Source of the DNA: the human T2T-CHM13v2.0 reference genome, Homo sapiens
Direction: 5' to 3' (one strand)
Assembly: GCF_009914755.1 (NCBI RefSeq)
Contig: NC_060925.1
Length of the DNA: 64,000 nucleotides
In this document: positions 40,830 through 51,800 of the stretch, in pieces
Numbering within the stretch: position 1 is the first letter of the stretch
Layout of the letters: each line of letters opens with the position of its first letter
Notes under the pieces: model-generated
The model's input: only the letters and a program-made list of their open reading frames with translations
What the model was told of the DNA's origin: nothing
Database searches by the model: none
Translations under genes and position numbers: made by a program

Positions 40830-41252
40830 TGGTTGGAATAGCAAAAGCATAGGCTTTTCATTATATGGACATAGGGTTGAATCTTGGCTCTTGTTCTTTA
40901 GCATGTGTCTTTAGCCAAGACTCTTACCTTTTTGACCCTGATCTGCAAGTTAAAAATCGTAATAACAACCTCCTATGGTTGTTGTGAAGGTTAAACAACA
41001 TATCATACCCAAAAGTGTGTTTAAAAACTGTATGACATGTAACAGGTGCTAAATCCTGTTACTTCTCTCCTTTTTTGGTTCAGGAGGCAACACCAGAGTG
41101 GTGAAGCTCTGAAGTCATCATTCCAAGGCTTGAATCCTCCTTCCATCACTAACTCTGGAGCCCTAAGCAAGTCACTTTACCTCTTGGAGTCTGTTATCCT
41201 GTTTGTAAAATGGAGTTAATAATAGGTTCTACCTCATAAGGACTCACATGGA

Positions 41253-41302
<50 letters not shown>

Positions 41303-41360
41303 GATCTTAGAACAGTGCCTGGCCAAGAGGAAACACTCAGTATACGTGAGCTGTTACATA
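40830..41360 (+). mobile_element. Two tandem MIRs
   Basis: GGGTTGAATCTTGGCTC...GTTGTGAAGGTTAAA and GGCTTGAATCC...GCAAGTCACTTTACCTC...CTTAGAACAGTGCCTGG. Confidence 0.7.
41257..41300. repeat. (CA)22 microsatellite
   Basis: Read directly. Confidence 0.98.
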
Positions 41361-41749
41361 CGAAATCAAATTGCTCTTCCCCTAGACTTTCAAATTTCCA
41401 ATGGTCCTAGAAACAGAGCTTGAAAAGAAAGAGAAAATAAGTTTTAGTGCCTGAATCACATATGTTGCTATTAAATGGGTGAATAAATGAAAGAAAGACA
41501 CATTTTCATCAAAGACAAATAATAATACAGTCAGTTGATGCAAAGTAGTACTAATGGATGGTGCATATAAGGAAGGCAGCAGGGCACCAAACGTGTTAGG
41601 GGTCACTGTGAGCTGGCGTCCTGAGGAGGGTGTTACCTTGGAAAGGGAGATCATGTCCCAGGAGGGCAATAGCTTGAGCCAAGGTAAAAGACAAGGCTGT
41701 GTAAATAGAAGGATGCAAATTTCAAAGTGGCTAATGTCCTGTGCCTTTT

Positions 41750-42310
41750 TATTCTCATTCTCCAACCACGTAGGGAGCCCCTACTCTGCCCAGCACTGTG
41801 CTTGGCCTTACAGCTACTCAGATGAGCAAGATACAGTCCCTGCCCTTAAGAATCTCAAGGTCCTTTGGGAGGCTGAGACGAGCAGATCACGAGGTCAGGA
41901 GATCGAGACCGTCCTGGCTAACACGGTGAAACCCTGTCTCTACTAAAAATAAAAATAAAATAAAATAAAATAAATTAGCCGGGCATGGTGGCAGGCTCCT
42001 GTAGTCCCAGCTACTCAGGAGATTAAGGCAGGAAAATGGCATGAACCCAGGAGGCGAAGCTTGCAGTGAGCCGAGATTGGGGCACTGCACTCCAGCCTGG
42101 GCGACAGAGCAAGACTCTGTCTCAAAAAAAAAAAAAAGATCTCAAGGTCTAGGAGGGAAAACAGACTAGCAGGCAGATGATTCCAGAAGAGGGTGCTAAT
42201 AGCTGCAGTGGAGCAAGGCACAGGTTATTATGGAAGAACAGAGGGAAGGGATCCAACTGACCCTCACAGCACAGGAGCAGAAGGGGGAAGAAAGAGGGCT
42301 TCCCTCAACA
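41750..42310 (-). mobile_element. L2 fragment interrupted by an AluY
   Basis: CCTACTCTGCCCAGCACTGTGCT...GTCCCTGCCCTTAAG, continuing after the Alu. Confidence 0.65.
41863..42137 (+). mobile_element. 5'-truncated AluY
   Basis: GATCGAGACC...CTAACACGGTG, ATGGCATGAACC, AGCTTGCAG. TSD ATCTCAAGGTC at 41852 and 42139. Expanded (TAAAA)n linker. Confidence 0.95.
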
Positions 42311-42329
42311 GGGGAATAATAGTAACAAG

Positions 42330-42590
42330 ACATCAATAACAGCACAATAACTTCAGTTGAGAACTCATTACATATCAGGGACTATGTACCCTATGCATTT
42401 CTTTGCTTCTAACTACACTACACACACACATGCACACACACAAGCGCACATTTAACTATTATTATCTTCATTTTCCTGATTATGATAGGACACAGAATCA
42501 GAGTGGTTAAGTAACCTGGGAGAGGTCACACAGTAACCAAGAGAGCCTGGATATGGACAACTAGATTGCAGAAGCAGTGCTCTCAATCTC
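42330..42590 (-). mobile_element. MIR
   Basis: GAGTGGTTAAGTAACCTGG...GGTCACACAG. Confidence 0.65.
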
Positions 42591-45499
42591 TCTACGACCC
42601 AGCCTCTGAAAATCATGAATATTTCAAATCATATCTCCTTTTAGCAATATATAACAGAAACCAAAACCTCTCCTTGGCGTTGCTATTGTACACGTGTTGA
42701 CAGCAGAGTCTTCGAGGCCTTTATCGGAATGCACTGCAGCAATGACACAGATGGAAATTCACCATCCTCTGAGTTTTCTTGGGTTCTTCCCATTCAGCAA
42801 AAGGGGATAGCTTATTTAGGGGAGCACTGGCCATGATGACCTGAATGAGGCTGGAAAGTGACTTGCACTTTGCCTGAGGCTGCATGTTATAAGGAGACAA
42901 TTCCCTTTCTAATGCTTCCCCATTGTTACTCAGGAAATAGTCCTCATCACCTGACTCCCTATCTAGGGGGATTCCCACTTCTTATAAAATATACCGAAAG
43001 GAAATAAGAAAGGCCAAATTTTGATGGGCTTATTTCTTGATGAGAGCGCTGTTTTTGCCTTGGATTCATTCATGCGCAGTGGGAAGAAGTATTCAAATGA
43101 CAAGAGTTAAATTCAAAACATGTAGCCGCTTTCTGTTACATTTTTTTTCTAACTGAAGGCAAACCATTTAGATGTTTGTTTCCAAAAAGGCATCTGTCAG
43201 CAATCAAAGGGGAAAAATGCATAAAGCAAATGCAATTGTTTGGAGTAGCATTTCCTGGATCATGTTAAATGCTTGAATTGCTCCCCATTATGCTCACCAA
43301 ATAATTTTATTTCCCACAATAATTGCAATATTTAACATGTTTTATTTAATCTTTTTTAAAGGCTATTAACAAAGGGCCACACTGTGAAAAGATTGATTGC
43401 TGCATGGGAAGGACAGCTTCCACCAGCCTCTTAGAGAACAATGATAAAGTTAAATGCACCTAATTGTTCTGGATTTAAAATACTATTATCCAATAATATT
43501 TATCATTTTTTTGTTCAAACTATGTGCCCTCTCCTGCAAAATCTTCCCGGCTATTCTATCATTCACAGAGTGAAATCTGGACTCCAGTTTACCTTGTGCT
43601 CCATTCATTCATAAATAATGGGCATGCATAGGGTGTTCTGAGTCTCAAAAATGCAGCGACTCAGACAAGAAACAGCTCCAACTTCAGAGGTTGCTGCAGG
43701 ATAAACTCAGAAACTGTAAAGCTGTGGACCCACAAGTCCAAGATGTCCATGTGCCTGTATACCCTGGGAGAAAGCAGAGGAGACCCTAAAACAGGGAAAT
43801 TTTGTTTTGTCTGCTTGTCAGAGGCAAGTAGGAATGGATGAAGTAGAATCAGAGGTTGGTTGATTCAAAGACAGAATGCTACTTCATTTCTTTTCTTCTT
43901 CTTTTTTTTTTTCCTCCTTTTTTTGTTTGGTTGATGATATTTTACATTTTATGTAGAATTTCCAACTTTTTTCCTTATCTTTCTCTAAATGATAAACTTA
44001 AGAAAGACTAAGTAATTTTAATGATGCTGCAGTTACATATGGCAATAAATGTTTTCATTGGCAAGCTCAGGGCAAGTTTCTGGTAGTATGTCCATTGTAT
44101 TCATTGGACACAAGCTAACAACATTTCCTGTGCTACTGCAGACTCTTCTTCTGAAAAGACAGGTGACACCAAGGTAATAAAGTATACAAAGATACTTCCT
44201 AAGAGTGATGACAATATTTACATTTGATAATAATTCTGGCTATCGCCTCTCACCCCAATTTTATTAGAAGAAATCCCATTACAATAAGGAATGAAAAAGA
44301 AAAAAAATGCCATATTTGTTGTATTTGTAGTTCATTCCTAGAAGCAGTCTGTGCATCATGCTTTAAGTTAGAAATATTTTTGGTGCAACACGATAAAATT
44401 TGCTTTAATACAGTTATTTTTGTCAAAACAGCATGCTAAATGGTTAAAATAATACCTACTAAGGAAGAGATCAGAAATAGGAAAGAAAAATGCACCAAAT
44501 TTACCTCTTTGGAACTTAAAATATGCTCTGAATGAGTTTATCTAAATATTATTCAGTCCAAAATATGACCAGAACCAAAAATCCACTGGATAATTAGGCA
44601 GTAAATGCACAACTTTTTAAATAATCACAGTTCAACAGCCCTGAGAAATAGTGATGGACAATTCTCCCATATTCTGGAGTACATATATTGAAGGCCCATA
44701 GCGGAGAAAACTGTAGGTTCTTGGAGATCAAAGGATCGCTTATATTCAGAAAAAATTAGGATGTGTTTGGTGCACATCCACGAAAATTAGGACGTGTTTG
44801 GTACCCTGATAAAGGTATTTCTACAGTTCCTAGTGTCACACAATTTGAAAGAATATAACGAATACAAGTCATTCTCTCTGCTTCTTTCTCCCTCTTAGTC
44901 CTAAGTAACATTACTTGAAATGCAGCAACTGTCTGGACTTTTTCTCACTTTAAAAAAAATTATTTTTACAACCATTCTTATTGGTAGGTCCATATTGTGG
45001 TTTACTTTTCCATACTAAAGAGAGGATGTGTGGTTAAAAACCCCTGTGAAGAAGATGGCTAGGTTATAGTAAGGAAATCAGAAGTGACTTTCTCTGATTA
45101 AGGAAGAGCTCATGTCAAGTTTAGCCTGAATTGTGCTAAACCGAATTGATAATGACTGATTGCTTTGTTTACAAAGAATGGAAAAGTCCAAAATTAATGT
45201 ATTTAAAAAGACACCAAAAAACATCGGTGGTGCCTAGCCCAGCATAGGTTAGAACTTGTAAAATATCAGTAATGTATTTATTTACTCACATAAATCATAC
45301 ATCTAAACACAATGCCAGCCAAACCAAAAATCAAGAGACTTGAATGCTGCCATCTCTTGTTTATCTTCCTTCATGACTAAATTAACTAATGAGTTAATTT
45401 TCAAAAAATAAAGTAAGGAAAGAGAAATATTTTTTCCTGGAAATTTTTTTTTTAACTCCTTGGAAAACCTGTTCAGTTGTTCCCAGATTTAGTTTGAGA

Positions 45500-46132
45500 C
45501 TTTTCCAACAGAGATGTGTAAGACAGCAAAACTGAACTAAACATTTTTGTAAATGCACGGCTCACGTTCTTGAGAAAAGTGGCTGTGAAAAACAGATACT
45601 GAATCAGACTTAAAGTCAAAGAAGGGGGGGTGAATAGGGGGGAAAAAGCCCAAAACATTGCATGATAGTCTCTAAGCAGTTCCATCTGTCAAGCAGAAAT
45701 TTTAGGCTAATAGCCTGTGGCGATCTCCCTCCGCAGTCCACTACCTGCCTTTGTCCTATTAAATCTCTTTATTCTCCTTAAAAAAAAAAAAAAAAAAAGA
45801 GGGGGGGATTGGTTATTGGAAGGAAAGGAAAAACCCCGCAGACCAAAATCATCTGAGTGATGAAGCCCTAATTTTAACTACCTCCCTTTGATGTGTAGCA
45901 GTGGGCTCTTGTTTTTTTAAAAAGGAGAGAGGAGAAGACAGTGCTAGGAGCAGAAGACTTTTCATCTCCACTTCACCTTGCCACTGGGTCTGTGAGAGAT
46001 TGGTTCATTGTCAAGGAGATTTTTTTTTTTACCCATGATTCCATATGGTATGGACCGGACTACATGTTGCCCCACATGCCACTGCAAATGTTTTCTCAAT
46101 TAGGTGTCTTATCTCCCGTGAGTTAGCATCAG
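45500..46132 (+). promoter_or_regulatory. Putative distal NFIA promoter and 5' leader
   Basis: Directly upstream of the coding segment and repeat-free. Contains G7/G6 runs (45624-45642), A19 (45780-45798), inverted CCAAT boxes (ATTGG 45808, 45815, 45999) and a TCF site CCTTTGAT (45885-45892). The TSS cannot be fixed from sequence. Confidence 0.6.
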
Positions 46133-46228
46133 ATGAAGCTTGCTGACAGCGTAATGGCAGGGAAAGCTTCCGACGGCTCCATCAAATGGCAGCTCTGCTA
46201 CGACATCTCGGCCAGAACTTGGTGGATG
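46133..46228 (+). CDS. NFIA: Coding part of a distal alternative first exon of nuclear factor I A (32 aa, MKLADSVMAGKASDGSIKWQLCYDISARTWWM); splices in phase 0 to exon 2 outside the window
   Basis: ATG at 46133, 32 open codons with retained CpGs, then ATG|GTGAGT (GT at 46229-46230). The peptide matches my recollection of the long mouse/chicken/human NFIA N-terminus, which continues ...WWM-DEFHPFIEALL. The ORF-track extension (VSWQPGLLFFFF) is intron read-through into a T-run. Confidence 0.9.
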
Positions 46229-47308
46229 GTGAGTTGGCAGCCGGGGCTGCTTTTTTTTTTTTTTTTTTTTTCCTTTTCTACTTTCCCTCCCTCTTTGACA
46301 AAATGTCCCAGACCTCACATTCATCAAACTCACATTTGATTTTTTTCACACTATTCAGTGAGGCAGCCTCACACTGCTGCCTCTTGCCATCCTCTCTCTG
46401 CCACTCTGCGACTTGAGTTCCCAGGAATGCTTGCCCTCATTTTCCATGGGACAGTATTTGGGGTTTTCTATTTTTTTTTAATTCTTTTTTAAAGAGTATC
46501 AGTTGTAAGGTGGAGGTGGATATTTTAGCCAAGTCAGTATTGGGGGAAAAAGTGAAACATTCGTCCCAGCCCTCAGGTTTTGCCCCCTCTCTCCAGTTTC
46601 ACATCCCCCTTACTTTTGTTTTCAGGGACTATGGGGTGTATGGTTTTCTCTGGCTGTGGCATTTTCTGAGGACGCGTGTTGGGCACTAGGGAGAAGCAAC
46701 CTCTGAGTGAATTCTAGTCCTGGCCAATTAACTGGATTGCCTAAAGTCACCTGTGAGAGAACTCTGGGTCCCCACTCCCTATTTTCCATCAGGGTCCCAC
46801 AGCTCTCATCTAACTTTTCTCCGTTTATGTCAGAGCAGGTTTTCTGTCTCTTAGGCACTCTAGCTCTGAGTGGAAAAGACCCGCACACTCTATCTTTTAG
46901 TTACTCTGGATATAAATAAAGTTTGAATAAAGTTCTGCCATGCAGCAGCAGAATGAGTTAACTCACATGTCATGGTCAACCAGGACAGACAACCTTTGAC
47001 ATTTTGGATCTATAAGAGGTAGAGTGAGTTGTGAGGATGCACAATAGCTCATTGTCACAGGAGATGCAAGTCCCGTGAGGAAGAGAGTCCTCAAATCATT
47101 ACTGCCCTCGTTAGGGTGGTGTCCGTTAAGGATTAATTTGTTAGCAGTGCATTTCTAGTTTTCCGTAATTATTATTCTTGCGGCAAGCGTGAATTCTTCC
47201 AGGGAGTGAAAAAAAAGTTTGCTGCCAGGACAATGAATGTATTATCCGTTCCTAACTGGACCGTGAACTTCAGCTCATTTCACATAGATATCAGTTTAAG
47301 AAAAAAAC

Positions 47309-47330
47309 AGAGAGAGAGAGAGAGAGAGAG
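47309..47330. repeat. (AG)11 microsatellite
   Basis: Read directly. Confidence 0.95.
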
Positions 47331-48676
47331 ATGTTGAAGGGGGAGACTGGCGAATGGAATTACAAAACAGGGCATGGTCGGTTTCACTGTATGATCTGCA
47401 GAAAGAGTTCTCTTTTCCCCTTCCTGGACCAATGGTGGTATCATTTTGGCAAGTTTTAGGAATTCGGAGGACTGAGAGACTGTTAAAAGTGAGCTACCGC
47501 AGGATTCTATCCGGCTGCTTCTTGGGATGCAGTATGTCCATCCTAAGGACTGTTGAGTTAAAGTGGTTGTGGGTATGTGTGTACATGTGTGTTTTAACTT
47601 GTAATTTCTTAACTAGACATTAGAAACTTTACCAGTAATTTCAGGACAATGTTGCATGCAGCTTTTGGCTAATTAGACTAACAGTAGACTATCCACTTTG
47701 ACCCTGAACTTTTGTTCAGGGCACTTATTTTCCCATTAGAGTTCTTGCCAGCAAGAACAAGGTTTACTTGTGTATGCTATGATGTTACCTATTGCTTCAC
47801 TTTATACAGCTTGTTAAACATTAGAAATGAATATACTGATTGGTTTAGCAATGATTTTCTAAGTTGTAAGCTTTTTTTGAAAAAACTGCACGCTGATGTC
47901 ATATTCTGGGTGAAACATTTTACTTCCTTGTATTTCAACAGCTCATAGATTTTATAGACTGTTACTTTTTATGGCAAATTGTGTCATCTCTCTCTTTTTT
48001 TTTTCTTGCAAAGATCACCAAATGCTTCTCTTTTTTTAACTTGGAAAACTGTAATTTCTTTTTTGTAAAGTTTACTTGGAAGTTGCTTTTCATTTAAAAT
48101 TATTTTACAGATGTTTTACCGCCGGGAATATAACATATAAAAGTGGTGGAAACATTTAGCAATGCAGTTGCCTAAAAATAAACAATGTTGAAAGCTCACA
48201 TGCTGCTGTTTAGGCTGCATACTACAGGGAAGTTTCTCTCAACTTCAGTGCTTCTAGATCTTTGCTTTGAAAAGGAGTGAGAAATCAGAGCGCTCTCTAA
48301 AGAAGTTATACAAGTTATCATAGGGAATAAATCAATTTGTTTCTTTCCCTCAAAGGTGACCACATACCATGGCATTTCAGATCTGTCAGTTACCAATAAT
48401 TCTAATGTAAATTTCCCATTATTGATGGGAAATTGAGGACTTTGATGAAGGAGGAGGGAACTAATTAAAATAATACAAATTTCACATTTTCTCTTAGATC
48501 TCTTTCCTTGAATAACATGCTCTCCCTCTCCCTCCATTCACCCACCTCGCTATCCCAAACAATTTCCCCAGCTGAAAGAAAAATTTAAACTTCCCTCTGG
48601 CTGATATAGTTATTTAATCAAAGGACAGTACAAGATCGGAGTTTCACACTAAAGGCAAATAAAGCTTTAAAATTAC

Positions 48677-48840
48677 CTCATGCGTCATCTGGCTGCACAG
48701 ACTCCGGGCTCATAGTGGGAACCTCCGGCTTGGTCCTCCCAGCATACAAAGGCAACTCAGTGAATGCCCCCTCCGCCCGTGGAGACGCGGCCTCAGCTGC
48801 CAGCGACGGGATATGCAATTTTGCTTTTTAATGAATCGTA
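48677..48840 (-). ncRNA. Candidate first exon/promoter of an antisense lncRNA
   Basis: 10 CpGs in 48683-48838, GC box CCGCCC at 48773-48778, CRE-like TGACGCA on the minus strand, minus-strand donor GAG|GTAATT (intron would start at 48676). Confidence 0.35.
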
Positions 48841-51800
48841 AACAATTTGTATGGCAAATGAGTTTGTTTGTTTTAGTTTGGGGGCATATGTTGTACCAGG
48901 TTGTAGACAGTCATTACCTACTCCAGAATTTTAGGTGAGAATGAGTAGAGCTCTGGATCATTTTTATTTTTCTAAATAATAAAGACACACTAGGATGAAA
49001 GAAACTGGTTAATAAAAGACTGAGAATAACAACCTCTCTTCTCCTTCCCTCTCTCCCCTCTTTTCCTCTCTATCCCCACCCCCTCTCATAACTCACTCAG
49101 GCTTACAGTAGGGCTTTAGCTACACTTTTTGATAACTAACTGGAAATAATCGGTTGACTCGATTAATTTTTAATTTTTTTAGGTATAAATTTTAACTTTG
49201 TCTTTAAAAGACTACTTTTGTTTAAGAAACAGTTATTTTAAAATATGTAATATGGAGAAGGGCCGTCTCTGTCCTCCATTACTTTTTTTGGTTGAAGCTA
49301 AGGTTGCCTTGAGGGACATGGATATAAGAATGATAAATACATGTTTTATATCAAAATGAAGCAAGAAAGGGGTCTTGATATTGAAAAGTCAAATAAAAAA
49401 GTTTATTCAAACCCACAGAGTTGTAAACAACTTAGAAGTTAACAAGCAACCAGGGTTCAAGCATGTACATTTTAACAGTAATTACCTTTGGCGCTGCCAC
49501 TTATGAGAAACCTTTTGATATCTGAGCCACTTCTCTAATGCTTTAATCATGCAAATCAAGAAATAGATATTACATATCAACTTAATCTAGCTGTGTTGTG
49601 ACATCGCTAGCAGAAACTCTCCCATAGAAAACTAAAGAAAACCCTCATGAAATTTTCCTCAGCTCCAAATGAAATGGAGGCACCCTAGAAGCATGTATTT
49701 GCTTCAAAATATAATTCTGTCCAGCAGAATTATCTCCATTCTACCCATATGGCATGAAATGAAGGCAGAATGAACATTCTCCTCTTCATAATGATAACAA
49801 TGTGTTATGGAACTATTTTTATGTGAATTACAAAATGCACTTGTCTTGCTTCTGCCCTCCAATTTAAAAACTCATAGTGACTGTGAAATGAAGGCAACTA
49901 AATTATCCTACAGCCCCCTCACCCCATGCTAGGTCCTGAAGCACTTATTTTGGGAGCATTCTCTTTCAAAAATTTGACATACAGTTTTAAAATCAAGAAC
50001 TGTCTGTCACTTACTCAAACTTGTACAACTCAAACTTTGCATACCAGGAAAACACTTGGGCAAAAAGAATATGCTGTGCCTTGTGGTACAAATGCCTACT
50101 TTTTAAAGTACACATGTAAAAAATAGCAAGATACTTCTATGAAATACTGCCTTACTATGTTCAACAATTCAAAAAAAAAAAAACTCAACTCCAGCCTACT
50201 TCCCAAATGATTGGCAGCTTTAACCACTGCAGACACAAAATTAAGAACTCATATTTCACGGAAATCTTTGTTGTTGTTAAGATGTGTTGGATTCACATAT
50301 TACGTTGTATTTACCATTTCAATTTTCAAAATTCTCAGCTGAACAACTCTTCTTAATGATTGTTTGTTATAATTATTTGAAGATATTGCCTAATGGAGAT
50401 TTGTCTATAAATTTGCACTTATGCTTTTATGATAAACTAGGAAATTGCTAAAATATCTATAAATAAAAAGACTCAAAATGAGGAGATTCAATAAATTATA
50501 AACCATATCATATTCTCAGCACTCAGCATATTTTTAAAGAGTCCATGGTAAACATATTTATACACTTTCTATTTAATGCATTTGCAAACTCTATTTTTAA
50601 GTATTTTCACAGATATTTTGCAGATATTTGCAGTGCAGTGGCTCTACCTGAGCTTATTTTTAAATGCACAATTTTTATCGACCATTATAAATATATGTAA
50701 GTATATTAATTTCTAAGAATATGCATTAACTTACAAGATTTCTGTACACTCCAACATTATTTTCTCACAGTATAAGCAGACTGCAAGCAAAATCTGAATG
50801 GGATAGGTTTTTTTTCCCTCTCACATATATTAAGAAGTTATCCTTATCATTTTCTTTTAGGTTAGCCTTGTACAACATCTTTTAAAGTACCATTTACTAT
50901 TTTTAGGGATACATTGAACTATGTTCCATTTTTTTTTCTTTAAATCAAATTACGATCCAAATGTACTTCATTCAGAATTGTGATTGGTTACTTAAGCAAG
51001 CCTATGTACTTCTACTATCTTTTCAAAAATCTTGATTTCCTGTTGTTATACTCATATTTCCCCTGTGAACTTTAGACAGTGAAATAAATGCTTTGTCCTT
51101 ACTTATTTTCTAGTTGATTTTCCTTCACCTGTACTGAATATTGACAGGAATGTTTCTAATTTAAAACCAAAAGAGTCAGGGGCTGATTAGAAGACAGGAA
51201 ATTGGAGGATTAAACTGTCTGGTTGCACTTCCTTTACTTATCAGCACTCAGTAACTCACTCTAGATTACAAACTCAACAGGACAATTTTTACAATGCATT
51301 GTTTCTTCTGGATGTTTACATATATACAGTGCATGTGAGGGTGTGCGTGTGTGTGTGTACACGCGCAACCAGGCATGCACATGTATCTGTATGTGTCTGC
51401 ATGTGCATTCATGAGTAGGAACAGAAAAGAACCAGCAGCTGGTAGTTATAAGTAGACGCTTTTAAGTGGGATAGTTTTAAACCAAAGGGGCTTATACTAT
51501 GGGTATGAAAGTTCATTCAAAGACTGTAATCCCAGGATACTCTCAAAACTTTCTTACCAAAACAGTTCTGTGAAACCAAGCAAACAATGAAATACTGTAA
51601 GGGAGAAAGCAAGACGCACTATTTTGAAAATGAAAAATAGATTGCAGTAGCCCTAATGCAGTCCATTTTCCTCAAATTCCAAACACCCATATTAGTGAAT
51701 GAATAGAGAAGGGTACCCATAAGGAGTGAGGGTGTTAATCTAACAGGCATTCAAAACCATTTTGAGATCCCTTTGGCACCAACTGAGAAAGGAATCTTTC

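Noticed and set aside
41382-41946. Overlapping 127-aa and 130-aa ORFs
   Set aside because: No recognisable domain, and they run into L2 and AluY sequence. Consistent with chance ORFs.
45941-46063. GTG-initiated upstream part of the 61-aa ORF in frame with NFIA
   Set aside because: It has a non-ATG start and crosses a T homopolymer, so coding constraint is unlikely. Only the ATG-initiated part is discussed as a finding.
46229-46416. ORF-track extensions 46133-46339 (68 aa) and 46186-46416
   Set aside because: Beyond 46228 the frame runs through a GTGAGT donor and a T21 run (poly-Phe), which is intronic. The second ORF is a different frame with no support.
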